Positions 31,580 to 42,613 are shown, counted from the stretch's first letter. The stretch: 64,000 nt of DNA from Acidobacteriota bacterium (GCA_965205505.1 CBDBHB010000008.1:448001-512000); one strand, 5' to 3'. Numbers and translations are program-made. Notes: generated from the letters alone by a model not told the origin.

Positions 31580-32460
31580 GCCCAGCTCGACGGCGCGAGG
31601 CGGTGGCGCATGTACGGGGGCGGCTGGGCGTCTCCGAGAGGCGGGCGTGCCGGGTACTGAAACAACCACGCACGACACACAGGTACATGCCAAGAGAACC
31701 GGGCGATGAGCAGATGTTGACGGAGCGGATCGTGGATCTAGCCCGACAATACGGGCGCTACGGGTATCGGCGAGTGACGGCGTTGTTGCGTATGGAGGGC
31801 TGGTGGGTGAACCACAAACGAGTGCAGCGTATCTGGAGGCGTGAGGGGCTGAAAGTACCGACAAAGCAGCCCAAACGAGCCCGGCTGTGGCTCAGCGATG
31901 GCTCGTGCATCCGGCTGCGACCACAGCGCAAAGATCACGTCTGGGCGTATGACTTCGTTCATCACCGGACGCACGAGGGTCGGGCTATGAGGCTGCTGAC
32001 GATCGTCGATGAGTACACACGAGAAAGCCTGGCGATCGACGTGGCACGGAAGCTCAACTGTGAGGACGTGCTCGAGCGGCTCGGGTGGTTGTTCGTGCAC
32101 CGGGGCATACCTGAGCACATCCGGTCCGATAACGGACCGGAGTTCACCGCCGAGGCGGTTCGCGACTGGCTCGGTAGGCTCGGTGTGGGCACGCTGTTCA
32201 TCGAGCCGGGCTCGCCGTGGGAGAACGGCTACGTGGAGAGCTTCAACGGCAAGCTCCGAGACGAGCTGCTCAACGGCGAGATCTTCTACACGCTCAAGGA
32301 GGCAAAGGTTCTGATCGAGAGATGGAGGCAGCAGTACAACCGCATGCGACCGCACAGCTCGTTGGGCTACCGACCACCGGCCCCGGAGGCGCTGTTGTTG
32401 AAGCCGGCTACGCTCCGCTTCGCCGGCCTCAACAACCCCTTGTCAGCACCGAGTTACTGA
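31576..32460 (+). CDS. IS3 OrfB (DDE), -1 frameshift fusion
   Basis: [40 protein letters not shown]. Confidence 0.93.
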   Translation: MSPARRREAVAHVRGRLGVSERRACRVLKQPRTTHRYMPREPGDEQMLTERIVDLARQYGRYGYRRVTALLRMEGWWVNHKRVQRIWRREGLKVPTKQPKRARLWLSDGSCIRLRPQRKDHVWAYDFVHHRTHEGRAMRLLTIVDEYTRESLAIDVARKLNCEDVLERLGWLFVHRGIPEHIRSDNGPEFTAEAVRDWLGRLGVGTLFIEPGSPWENGYVESFNGKLRDELLNGEIFYTLKEAKVLIERWRQQYNRMRPHSSLGYRPPAPEALLLKPATLRFAGLNNPLSAPSY

Positions 32461-32886
32461 GATAAGACGTGGTACTAACCGTGGGGTCAGGTCAGCGGTG
32501 GCCCTGATCCTCGCGGTCACCGGCCTGTACGGTGTGATCTCGTATTGGGTCACTCAGCAGACGCGGCAAATCGGCGTACGGATGGCCCTCGGCGCCCGCG
32601 GCGCGGACGTGATGCGCATGATTTTGGCGCGCACCGGGTTGATGATCGCCGCTGGCATCGCCCTGGGAGTGCTCGGCGCGCTCGGGCTGACGAGACTCAT
32701 GTCGAGCCTGCTGTACGGCGTCGGCAGCAGCGATCCGGTGACCTTCGCTGCGGTGGCCTCGCTGTTGCTCGTGGTGGCGTTCATCGCCAGCGCTATCCCG
32801 GCCCGCCGTGCCACTCGCATCGACCCCATCGAGGCATTGCGCGACGACTGAGGTTCGGGCGACCTGGCGCATCGGGGGCAGACGGT

Positions 32887-32934
32887 TCAGCCGCGCGCCT
32901 GGAGCAGCTCGCGGATCTCTGTGAGCAGTGTTTC
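32887..32934 (-). pseudogene. Possible 3' remnant of an MscL channel gene
   Basis: Reverse strand reads ETLLTEIRELLQARG*, similar to the MscL C-terminal LLxEIRDLL helix; very short. Confidence 0.35.
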
Positions 32935-33065
32935 TTAGGCAGGCTGGGGGTTCAGGTTCGGAAAACCTCTGTCAATTAGCTTCCTACATGGGGTGCCGGC
33001 TACCACATCGGGTACCAGCCACGCGGGCGCCGGCGGCGCCCATTCCGAACCGGCCAGGAGCCACC

Positions 33066-35366
33066 ATGCACGCATGCCTGCGCGGCTCGATTCTGCTGAT
33101 CGCGACCTGTCTGGCGGCGTCGGGATGCACCAATGCCAAGTGTCCGATCGTGAAGACACGCCGTCACTGGGGCCGACGATGGACGCTCCTATTGCTACTG
33201 GGGCTCGTACCCGGATGCAACCACTACGGTACGCCGCTTCGCTACACCCTGGATCCACAGGTGCGCGTGGCGGCAACCGGGCATTTCCGCGCCGGAGTAG
33301 CAAAGACGGACATCACGCCACCGCCGGGCTATTCGACGCTGGGCTACGGACCTTCCGGACGGCATTCGCGCGGATTCTGGACACGGCTCTGGGCGCGCGC
33401 CACGTACCTCGACGATGGCAACGGCAACGCCGTCGCACTTGTGGCGTGCGATCTGGACTTCGTCGGCGGCGGCCTGATCGACCGCGCGGTCGAGCTGCTG
33501 CAGGACTTCGCGCAGCGGACGGGCAACGATCCGCCACCGCTCGGGCGACATCAGATCGTCGTGGCGGGGACCCATACGCATCATGGCCCGGGTAACCTGG
33601 CGACCGCGGTGACCTACAACTTCGGGGGTGGCCGCGGATCCGGGTTCGATCGCGATTTGTTCAATTACGTGGCGCACCAGATTGCGCGCGCCATCCGCGA
33701 GGCGCAGAAGGCGGCAGAGCCTGCGAGCCTGCGCTACTGGTCGCGCATGGTGCCGGGAATCGCGCGCAACCGAATGTACGTTGCCTTCATGCTCAACCCC
33801 GAGGCGAACGAGATAAAGCGCGCTGCGCGCCGTGCTGGGCTGTTTCCGATGACCACCGTGGGCGGGACGTACGACCCTCAGGCCTACCTGGCGGTACGAC
33901 CGCGCATCTCGGTGCTCGATATTCGCTCTGAGGTCGAGGGGCGGCGCGGTCGTGTGATCGGCCGCACGGTCGTATTCCCCACACATCCCACCGTGCTCGA
34001 CTATCCCACCGAGGTGTACTCATCCGACTTCTTTGGCGTCGCCGCCTACATGGCCGAGACCGCCATCAAACGGAGTAACCAGGGCCACCGGCCCATGGTA
34101 TCGATCTTCAACGGCGCCGAGGGCGACGTGCACGCGGCGTTCGAGGTTCGCGATCGCCGCGAGGTGCTCATGTTCGCCCGCCGCCTGGCCCGCGAGATCA
34201 TAGAACCGATCGATCCGGTGGAACAAATTGACACACAGATCCGATGGCGGGCAGAGCTAGTACCTATCGCCAACGCCTGCCTCGACACGCGTTCCTCGGG
34301 GCGCGATGAGGGCGACGCTTTCGAGCGTTGTACGGCGGACCGTCCCCTTAACGGCGTCGCAGCAGTCGGTGGAGGTATCGACGGTCGCACCTTCCTGCAC
34401 GACGCGGGATGGAAGGATGGTGTGGTTGGCGACCGCAGGAACCGCGAAATCTTTCACGACCAGGGCATCAAGCAACCCGCCCTCGACCTCTATATGGAGT
34501 TACCGCTCTCGCTCACTGGGCTCATCCAGAAACCGCGTGACGTAGCGGAGCGGGCGATCGTCGGCATCTACCAGATCGGGCCCATCGCCTTGGCCACGCT
34601 TCCGGGTGAGTTCACTACCACCATGGGGTGGCGCATTGAGCGCAACCTCGAGGAGCGCCTGGAGCCCGAGGGCATCGAGGACGTCGTCATCCTCGGTCTT
34701 GCGCACGAGTACGTCTCCTACGTGACCACGCCGGAGGAATACGAAGCGCAAACCTACGAGGGAGCCTCCACGCTGTACGGACCGGTCACGGGGCCGCTCG
34801 TGATGGAGCATCTGAACAATGTGGCGAAGAAGGGCCTCCAGCCAGCACCGCCCCAGGGAGCCCCGACCCGACCAGCGCTGACTAGCGAGCATCTGCCGGG
34901 CGGCAACGCCAGCTTCACGCTCGCAGACGCGGGCGAGCCCCCGACGAGGCCAGATGCCGGGCTCGGGCATCTTGTCCAGGACCTACGCACCCGAGAGCCG
35001 GCGCGCGACTACCCGACCGCCTGCTGGAGCGAGCAGCTGGTGCGCAACCTGAAGGACATGCGCAAGCAACTCAGCGCTGGCGACCTGGAAGGGCAGCTGG
35101 ATAGCGTCAACCCACTCGTGCGGGTCAGATACCGTTACCACGCTGGCCCTTGGAAGCTCGACGGCGACAATCGCGGCATCCGTGTGGTTACGGTGGCCTC
35201 GGAGCGTTTCGCGGAGAAAGAAGCCGTCTGGTGCGCGATCTGGATGCCGCCGCCGCGCCTCCACTGGCAACGACTCGAGGTCGAGTTCGACGTCACCGGC
35301 ATCGCGCGCGACGCGCCGACGCGAACGCTGACCGGCCGCCGCGACGTGCTGATGACACCCGAGTAG
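33066..35366 (+). CDS. Neutral/alkaline non-lysosomal ceramidase-family protein
   Basis: AGVAKTDITPPPG, RLWARA, GTHTHHGPG, NGAEGDV, PGEFTTTMG, YVTTPEEYEAQTYEGASTLYG. Confidence 0.88.
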   Translation: MHACLRGSILLIATCLAASGCTNAKCPIVKTRRHWGRRWTLLLLLGLVPGCNHYGTPLRYTLDPQVRVAATGHFRAGVAKTDITPPPGYSTLGYGPSGRHSRGFWTRLWARATYLDDGNGNAVALVACDLDFVGGGLIDRAVELLQDFAQRTGNDPPPLGRHQIVVAGTHTHHGPGNLATAVTYNFGGGRGSGFDRDLFNYVAHQIARAIREAQKAAEPASLRYWSRMVPGIARNRMYVAFMLNPEANEIKRAARRAGLFPMTTVGGTYDPQAYLAVRPRISVLDIRSEVEGRRGRVIGRTVVFPTHPTVLDYPTEVYSSDFFGVAAYMAETAIKRSNQGHRPMVSIFNGAEGDVHAAFEVRDRREVLMFARRLAREIIEPIDPVEQIDTQIRWRAELVPIANACLDTRSSGRDEGDAFERCTADRPLNGVAAVGGGIDGRTFLHDAGWKDGVVGDRRNREIFHDQGIKQPALDLYMELPLSLTGLIQKPRDVAERAIVGIYQIGPIALATLPGEFTTTMGWRIERNLEERLEPEGIEDVVILGLAHEYVSYVTTPEEYEAQTYEGASTLYGPVTGPLVMEHLNNVAKKGLQPAPPQGAPTRPALTSEHLPGGNASFTLADAGEPPTRPDAGLGHLVQDLRTREPARDYPTACWSEQLVRNLKDMRKQLSAGDLEGQLDSVNPLVRVRYRYHAGPWKLDGDNRGIRVVTVASERFAEKEAVWCAIWMPPPRLHWQRLEVEFDVTGIARDAPTRTLTGRRDVLMTPE

Positions 35367-35484
35367 CTGTAGCCAACCGCAGGCGCGAGAACCTCGGAAG
35401 TGCCTCTGCCCTCAGAGACCACAGGCAGGAACTGCTACGATCGCGAAACTTCAAATCCTCGCGCCTCGAAAAGGGTCCGCCTCG

Positions 35485-36507
35485 ATGCCCGAAAGCAACC
35501 GTGAAGTCCACCTTACCGCCCGCCCCGCGGGTCTTCCCAAGCCCTCCGACTTCGCGTTGGTCGACACGCCGATCCCCGAGCCAGGCGACGGCGAGCTCTT
35601 GGTGCGCAACATTTACATGTCGGTCGACCCCTACATGCGTGGCCGGATGCGCGACATCGAGTCGTATATTCCGCCTTTTCAAATCGGCGAAGTGCTGAGC
35701 GGCGGCGCGGTCGGACAGGTGGTGGAGTCGAACCACCCCGACTACCGGACGGGCGACCTCGTGACCGGCGTGGAAGGTTGGCGCCAGTACTACACGACCG
35801 ACGGCACCGGCCAGCGCAAGATCGATCCCGCCGCCGCTCCGCTGTCGACCTATCTAGGGGTGCTCGGCATGCCCGGGATCACCGCCTACGTCGGCCTTCT
35901 CGATATCGGCAAGCCGAAAGAGGGCGAGACTCTGTTCGTCTCAGCGGCCGCCGGAGCCGTCGGCAGCCTGGTGGGGCAGCTCGGCAAGATCAAGGGTTGC
36001 CGGGTGGTCGGCAGCGCTGGCTCCCAAGAAAAGGTCGAGTTATTGACGGGCCAGCTGGGCTTCGACGCCGCCTTCAGCTACAAGGGCGCCGACCTGCACG
36101 AGGAGCTGGCCGAGAGCTGCCCGGACGGCATCGATGTCTACTTCGAAAACGTCGGTGGACCGATGCTCGAGGCGGTACTCGCGCATATGAACCCCTTCGG
36201 ACGCATCCCCGTGTGCGGCATGATCGCCCACTACAACGACGAAGAGGCGACGCCCGGGCCGAGAAATCTATTCTCGGTGATCTCCAAGCGGCTCTTGATG
36301 CAGGGCTTCATCTGCACCGACCGCCTCGACCGGCTCGGCGACTTCACCCGCGAGGTCGGCGGCTGGTTACGCGAGGGCAAAGTCAAGTACCGCGAGACCA
36401 TCGTCGAGGGCATCGATCACGCCGTCGAGGCGTTCATCGGCATGCTGCGGGGGGAGAACATCGGCAAGATGCTGCTGCAGGTGGGAGACGATCCCACCAA
36501 AGCGTGA
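35485..36507 (+). CDS. NADP-dependent oxidoreductase (CurA/PTGR1-like)
   Basis: SVDPYMRGRM, LGMPGITAYVGL, SAAAGAVGS, DVYFENVGG, GENIGK. Confidence 0.93.
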   Translation: MPESNREVHLTARPAGLPKPSDFALVDTPIPEPGDGELLVRNIYMSVDPYMRGRMRDIESYIPPFQIGEVLSGGAVGQVVESNHPDYRTGDLVTGVEGWRQYYTTDGTGQRKIDPAAAPLSTYLGVLGMPGITAYVGLLDIGKPKEGETLFVSAAAGAVGSLVGQLGKIKGCRVVGSAGSQEKVELLTGQLGFDAAFSYKGADLHEELAESCPDGIDVYFENVGGPMLEAVLAHMNPFGRIPVCGMIAHYNDEEATPGPRNLFSVISKRLLMQGFICTDRLDRLGDFTREVGGWLREGKVKYRETIVEGIDHAVEAFIGMLRGENIGKMLLQVGDDPTKA

Positions 36508-36592
36508 CCACCCCGGATCTGGCGGCTGGCGGAACAGGGTGAATGGTAGGATCGCCCGACGTCAGCTTGGCTGGTAGGGAGGAGGCAGCTCA

Positions 36593-37074
36593 GTGAGAGC
36601 GACGAGGTTCTTCGGCACCATCCTCGCCCTCTCATGCGCCGCGTGCTCGGCAGGAGAGCCTGAGCGAGCGGATCCACCGGCCCCGAACGCGACAGATCGG
36701 ATCGCGGTGACCGGAGCGCTGATCATCGACGGGCTCGGCGGCGAGCCCATCCCGGACGGCGTCGTGCTGATCGAAGGCGAGCGCATCGCGGCGGTCGGTC
36801 CAGCGGATGCGGTGGTTATCCCGGATGACGCGCTGACCATCGACGCCGACGCATGTCCGTGCTCACACCATCCCAGCCACCCACCAGGTGCACGTGCATG
36901 TCGGCCACGGCCGACCTGCTGATCGTTCGCGGAAACCCAGCGCAGAACGTTTCCGACACGCGCAGCATCGTTGCAGTCATGCAACGCGGGAGACTCCTCG
37001 ATCGAGCCGCGCTCGTGTTCGACGCGTCGGCTGACCCCGGGTTCCGTACGGCTGGATCGGTGGCCGCGGAGTAG
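36593..37074 (+). pseudogene. Amidohydrolase remnant (N- and C-termini only, with an inverted internal fragment)
   Basis: LIIDGLGGEPIPDGVVLIEGERIAAVG at the N-terminus and ADLLIVRGNP at the C-terminus; the ADMHVHL motif lies on the opposite strand between them. Confidence 0.8.
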
Positions 37075-37078
37075 GGCG

Positions 37079-37723
37079 ATGACTCCACCGTCGGCTCCCC
37101 CTCCCACAGTGTGGTTAGATCACTTCGTGGTGGCGATCGACGACCTCGAGGCCGGGATCAACGCCTTCGAGTCGATGGCCGGGGTGCGCCCTGCCTACGG
37201 TGGCGAGCACCCTGCCCTTGGCACGCACAACGCGCTCGTGTCGCTCGGTCGGGATCAGTATCTCGAAATTCTCGCGCCGCGACCGGGCGCGAAGCTGGAT
37301 CCCAGGTTCCGCGCCGCCGGCGAGCACACCAGCCTGACCCCGATTCTCTGGGCGCTCGCTACCGACGACATCGAGACTCTTCACAGCGTGGCGACCTCGG
37401 CGGGCTTCGCCGCCGACGAGCCGACGTCCGGATCGCGCCTGACGGAGAACGGCGACACGCTACGCTGGACGATATTCATGGTGCGCACCGAAGGTGTGGC
37501 GAACGCGCCGTTCTTCATCCAATGGGATCCGGACGCCGGGCATCCGGCGGCGAGCTCGCCGGCCGGGTGTCGTCTGCGCTCATTCGCCATTGACTCGCCG
37601 GACCACGAGAGCCTCGAGCGGCTACTTGCTTCGGTGGGGTTCGCGGTGCCGGTAGGATCCAGCCCCGCCCGTACCCTGATCTCGCTCGAGACCCCGAGGG
37701 GCTCCATGAGCCTGGGTGAATAA
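37079..37723 (+). CDS. VOC/glyoxalase-like protein (Glyoxalase_3)
   Basis: LDHFVVAIDDLE...GGEHPALGTHNALVSLG..YLEILAP...PFFIQW. Confidence 0.88.
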   Translation: MTPPSAPPPTVWLDHFVVAIDDLEAGINAFESMAGVRPAYGGEHPALGTHNALVSLGRDQYLEILAPRPGAKLDPRFRAAGEHTSLTPILWALATDDIETLHSVATSAGFAADEPTSGSRLTENGDTLRWTIFMVRTEGVANAPFFIQWDPDAGHPAASSPAGCRLRSFAIDSPDHESLERLLASVGFAVPVGSSPARTLISLETPRGSMSLGE

Positions 37724-37923
37724 GCGCTGTCGATTGAGCGCCCTGCCCGAAACCCTCGGCCACCTCTTCGAGGCTGCGCTCGAGCGCGACCCATCGGCGA
37801 TCGCGCTCATTCAGGACGACCGGCGCCTGAGCTATGGCAAGCTCGACAGCCGGTGCACCCGACGTGCACGACGCCTGCGTCGTGCCGATGCCGCATGCGG
37901 TGAAGGGAAGCGTGCCGGTAGCG
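37716..37923 (+). pseudogene. Acyl-CoA synthetase (AMP-binding) remnant
   Basis: ETLGHLFEAALERDPSAIALIQDDRRLSYGKLD is fused directly to C-terminal-domain sequence HPDVHDACVVPMPHAVKGSVPVA. Confidence 0.65.
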
Positions 37924-38931
37924 TCAAGGAACGAGAACGACCTTGCCGAAGACCTCGCGATCCTCGAGCAGGCGCTCCGCCTCGCGCGCTTCAGACAGCG
38001 GCAACACCTTGTCGATGGCCGGCGTCAGTGTCCCCTCGGAGACGTAGCGCAGCAGCTCTTCGAGATCTTCACGGGTCCAGCCGTCGGACCCGATGATGTG
38101 CTGCTCGAAGGTCCAGATATAGCGGATGTCGGTTTTGGGGTCGAACCCCGCCGTGGCTCCACAGGTGAGCAACCGACCCCCCTTGGTCAGGCATTTCAGC
38201 GATTCGGCCCAGGTAGCTCCGCCGGTGAAGTTGACCACCACGTCGACGCCGCCGCCACCGCGCACCCGGGGCTTGCCACAGATGCGATAGATCTCGTTGC
38301 GGAAATCGCTCGCCCGGTAGTTGATGAGGTGATCGGCGCCGAGCTCACGAAGGCGCTCTAGCTTGTCGTCGGAACTGGCGCAGGCGATCACTTCACAGCC
38401 GGCGCGCTTCGCCAGAAGGACGCACCCGGTTCCGACGCCACCGCTCGCGCCTAGCACCAGAACCTTCTCGCCGGCCTTGATCGCACCGCGCGTCACCATC
38501 ATCCGGTTGGCCGTACCGTAGGCGAGCGGCAGACTGGCGGCGGTCTCGAAGCTGACGTTGTCCGGTATGCGAATCAGCTGGGCTGCATTTACGGCAAGCA
38601 GCTCGGCGCGGCCGCCGGGAGAGGTTTCGCCGATCATTCCTGGCCGATCGCTTTGCCAGTCGACCGGATCAACAACGACGCGATCCCCGACCTTCCAGGC
38701 ATCCACCGCGCCGCCGACTTCGCAAATCTCGCCGGCCACATCGGAACCGGTGATGAGCGGCATGTTGATGGTGATTCCGGGCATGCCACGGCGCGTGAAG
38801 ATGTCGTGGAAATTCACCGCCGTAGCCTTCACAGACAGCAGCACCTCGTGCACACCAGCGGCCGGATCAGGAACCTCCCGATAGACGATCTGGTCGCGAT
38901 CACCGTGACCTTCGAGGATCGCTGCCTTCAT
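37924..38931 (-). CDS. MDR-family zinc-binding dehydrogenase / quinone oxidoreductase
   Basis: VNFHDIFTRRGMPG, LGASGGVG, GRLLTCGATAG, VFGKVVL. Confidence 0.9.
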   Translation of the reverse strand: MKAAILEGHGDRDQIVYREVPDPAAGVHEVLLSVKATAVNFHDIFTRRGMPGITINMPLITGSDVAGEICEVGGAVDAWKVGDRVVVDPVDWQSDRPGMIGETSPGGRAELLAVNAAQLIRIPDNVSFETAASLPLAYGTANRMMVTRGAIKAGEKVLVLGASGGVGTGCVLLAKRAGCEVIACASSDDKLERLRELGADHLINYRASDFRNEIYRICGKPRVRGGGGVDVVVNFTGGATWAESLKCLTKGGRLLTCGATAGFDPKTDIRYIWTFEQHIIGSDGWTREDLEELLRYVSEGTLTPAIDKVLPLSEAREAERLLEDREVFGKVVLVP

Positions 38932-39001
38932 ATCCTGCCGTCGTCGGCTGCAATGTCGGGTGATGCTGCGATCGTCGGGGCGGCTCGGCAGCTCTCGAAG
39001 T

Positions 39002-39391
39002 TCATGTTCCGGAGCCCAGGAACGTGCCTCGACCGATAGCCACCAGGTCGCAATTGGCGGCGCGAACTTCCATGTCGGCGCGGCAGATCCGGCGGCCGAC
39101 CTTCACCACCCGACCGATCGCGACGAGATCGCCCCGCAGGGCCGGCTTCAAGTAATCGATTCGTAGATCGACGGTCGCGCCGCTCCCCTTGCCGGCGGCC
39201 ATCACCACCGCGAACGCGCCAACGATGTCGGCCAAGGCGGAGATTATCCCCCCGTGGTACCAGTCCGAGTCGTCCATCCTCAGGAAGTCCTCTCGGAAGG
39301 GAAGTCTTATCTCGACCAGACCCTCTTCCGCGCGCACCATCTCCGCGCCCAGGAAGCGGGCGTACGGTGACTGGTCGAGGCTGATCTGCAT
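39002..39391 (-). CDS. PaaI-family thioesterase
   Basis: HGGIISALAD, ATVDLRIDYLKPA, VKVGRR. Confidence 0.88.
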   Translation of the reverse strand: MQISLDQSPYARFLGAEMVRAEEGLVEIRLPFREDFLRMDDSDWYHGGIISALADIVGAFAVVMAAGKGSGATVDLRIDYLKPALRGDLVAIGRVVKVGRRICRADMEVRAANCDLVAIGRGTFLGSGT

Positions 39392-39597
39392 GGCTGCATC
39401 GTCGGGAGTGAGCAGACGATCGCTCGGAACGCGGGGAGCGAAGTTACCACGCCGACCGTACGGAGCAGGGCGGGCCTGTATCCGCTGCGGCAGTTGGCCA
39501 AGACCCGGCACGTGGCTGCAGCTCAAGGTCCGCAATATGTTACAAACATGTATGATACAACTATGTAGTATAAAGAATCCCACACACCGGGAGGCAC

Positions 39598-39930
39598 ATG
39601 GTGAGGCCGCTCACCGCACACGGCTTTCAGATTCTGCTGGCGCTATCCGACGAGGATCGGCACGGCAGCGGCATCGTACGGCGGGTGCTGGAGCTCACCG
39701 ACGGCGCCGTGCGCCTATGGCCGGTAACCTTGTATCGAACCCTCGATGAGCTGCGCCACGCCGAACTGGTAGAGGAGCTCAGCGGCAGCGGCCACCCGCA
39801 GGGCGAGAGCCGGCGCCGACGCTTCTATCGCCTCACCGACGCGGGTGCCGACCGGCTGGCGGCGGAGGCGGATCGGCTCGACCAGCTTGCCTCGGTAGCA
39901 CGGCGTAATCTCGGACACCGCGGCGCATGA
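39598..39930 (+). CDS. PadR-family regulator
   Basis: FQILLALSDEDRHGSGI...PVTLYRTLDEL...RRRFYRLTDAG. Confidence 0.9.
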   Translation: MVRPLTAHGFQILLALSDEDRHGSGIVRRVLELTDGAVRLWPVTLYRTLDELRHAELVEELSGSGHPQGESRRRRFYRLTDAGADRLAAEADRLDQLASVARRNLGHRGA

Positions 39931-42613
39931 GCAAGCCCTGGCCGTATCGCGCTCTGCTGCGCATGCTACCGCCCAACTTTCGGGCTCGGCATCGTGCCGC
40001 CATCGACGAGGCGCTGGCCGCGGCGTGGAACGAGTCGGGTGCCGCCTCCCCGGCCTGGCGGGTCTGGCTACGCGCCAGCCTCGACCTGCTGACGGGCCTG
40101 CCGCCCGCTTGGATCAGCACCGTGCAACGTGGGTTCCCCACGCGCCGGACGGACCGACACGTCGACGAGGCAACGTCAATGGATGGATGGTTGCAGGACA
40201 TTCGCTACGGCGCCCGTGGGTTGATGCGGGCCCCCGCTCTGACTCTCCTTTGTACCGCGGCGATCGGTCTCGGCATGGGCGCCAACACGGCCGTGTTCAC
40301 GCTGGTCAACGAGATCCTGCTGCGGCCGCTTCCGGTGCGCGAGCCCGCGCAACTGGTCGACGTGCACCTCGACCAGCCCGGTGCCAACAGCTTCCTCGGT
40401 TTCTCGTTTCCGGAGTATGAAGACTACCGCTCCCGCCGGAAATCGCTCGAGGGATTGGTGGCGCACAGTGGCATCGGGTTGCGCCTTGGCGACCAAGTCG
40501 GCGGCGACCGCATCCGTGGTCAGCTGAACTCTGCCGATTACTTCGAGGTGCTCGGCGTCACTCCGGCCCGGGGCCGCGCGTTCACCGCGCGAGAGGCAGA
40601 GACCGAGGGCGGCGGCAACGTGGCGGTGGTCAGCCACGGGTTTTGGCAGCGGCGCTTCGGCGGCTCTGATGACCTGATCGGCAGCGATATCGAGTTCAAC
40701 GGTATCGACTTTACCGTTGTGGGAATCCTGCCGGCCGGGTTCACCGGGCGGTTCATTGGCTTCCCGTCGGAGGTGTGGCTACCGCTGGCGATGATGGATC
40801 GGCTACGACCGGGCACCGAATTGCGCTCGCGCGGCGAGCAGGCGCTGGAGATGTTCGGGCGTCTGCGCGCCGAGGATTCGATCGCCGCCGCCAGCGATGA
40901 GCTCAACGCCATCGCGGCGCAGCTAGAGCGCGAACATCCCGACATGAACCGTAACCGACGCGTTGCGTTGTCGGCCTTCAGCGGCCTCGACCAGAGTCTG
41001 GTGAGCCCGGTGATGGGCTTCCTGGGCATCCTCTTGGTGTTGTCGGCGCTGGTGTTACTGGCGGCGTGTCTCAATGTCGGCAACCTGCTGCTGGCACGCG
41101 GCCACGCACGGCGCGCCGAGATCGCTACGCGAGTGGCGGTGGGAGCCACGCCGGCACGGGTGGTGCGGCAGATCCTCACCGAAACCTTACTGCTGTTCGC
41201 GCTCGGTGCTGGCGCGGCTGTGCTGGCGCGGCTGTGCTGGTAGCGTTGCAGGTAAACGGCCTGTTGGGCGCCTTCATCGAATCGCTTCCCGTAGGGCTCG
41301 GCTTCAGCCTGACGCTCGACGTTCGGGTACTGGCGATCATCGCGGCCGTGGCGCTAGTCACCGCGTTGGCAACGGGGCTCAGCCCGGCTGTGAAAGCGAT
41401 CCGCGGTGGGCAGGCGGCAGTGCTGCGCGCCTCGCGTAGCGGTGACTCGACCCGACTCCGCCAATTGTTCGTGGTGGGGCAGGTCGCGGTGTCGGTTGTG
41501 CTGCTGATCACCGCCGGCCTGTTCCTGCGTGCTTTTGAGCGCGGGCAACAGCTCGATCCCGGGTTCTCCACGAACGGTCTGAGCATGGCCAGCGTGGGGC
41601 TGCCCCCAGAGGGTTATTCGGATGGCGAGGCGCGGGTGTTCTTTCAGGCGCTCGCCGCCGGCCTGGCCGCCGAGCCCGATATCGCTGCGGTGGGACTCAC
41701 CGCCAACGCACCGCTGGGGGTGGCGCGCAGCCCGATGGCAATGACCATCCCCGGGCAGGATCCACCGCAGGGGCAGGACGCCTTCTTCATCGATACACAC
41801 GTGGTGAGCGCCAACTACTTCGCCGCGGTAGGCATCGCCGTACAGGAGGGTAGCGCGCTGCGCGCCGTCGACGACGCTACCGGGGCTCCGGTGGCGGTCG
41901 TAAACGCTCGGATGGCGGAGCGGTTCTGGCCGCGCGGTGCAGTGGGTCAGCGGCTGATGATCGGCGGCGGGGAGATCGAGATCATCGGGGTGGTCGGAGA
42001 CACGCGCTACGTGATCCAGAGTGACACCATTGATCCGCTGGTGTACCTGCCGTTCGCGCAGCGCCCCAGCGGGCGCATGAGCCTGGTGCTCCGCAGCGAA
42101 ACGGCACCGACCACCCTGCAGCGCCTGGTGGCTGAACATCTGGCGCGTGCCGACGCCACGCTGCAGGTCCCCACGGTGGAAAGACTGTCGGAGTTGATCG
42201 AGATCTTCCTGCTACCGCAACGGCTGGCCAGCCGGGTGGCCGGAGCGCTCGGCGCGCTGGGCTTCCTGCTCGCAGTTGCGGGCATCTACGGCATCGTCTC
42301 CTACACCCTCGGTCAACGGCGCCGCGAGCTCGGCATCCGCATGGCGCTCGGCGGGCATCCGGCCGACGTCAGGTCACTGATGCTGAAGTTCGGCCTACGG
42401 ATCGTCGTCGCCGGCAGCGCCGCTGGCCTGGCGGTGTCGGCCCTGCTGGGCCCGTTGCTACGCGACTTCCTGGTCGGTGTGGCGCCCACCGACCCACTGA
42501 CGATGCTCACCGTGGTCGCCTCGCTCGGTGCCTCCGCGTTGCTGGCGGCCTATGTGCCGGCGCGCCGCGCGGCAGCGATCGACCCGGCAACGACGCTCCG
42601 CTACGACGCCTGA
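39927..42613 (+). pseudogene. ADOP-type duplicated ABC permease, frameshifted by a 14-bp tandem duplication
   Basis: ORFs 39927-41243 and 41066-42613; gtgctggcgcggct occurs twice at 41206-41233, and removing one copy restores a single frame. Confidence 0.88.

Larger units (their letters stand above)
31235..32494 (+). mobile_element. Intact IS3-family element (IS407-group-like) with 4-bp target duplication GCGG
   Basis: IRs tgacctgacccc...ggggtcaggtca; GCGG at 31231-31234 and 32495-32498. Confidence 0.95.
29213..32851 (+). pseudogene. ADOP-type duplicated ABC permease (MacB/FtsX), broken by an internal deletion/frameshift near 30230 and by an IS3 insertion
   Basis: LALGIGANAAIFSVV...NAGYG jumps to LPVLAATLAAS with the first FtsX block missing. 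FAA|VALILA is restored on removing the IS. Ends IGVRMALGA...RIDPIEALRDD. Confidence 0.88.
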
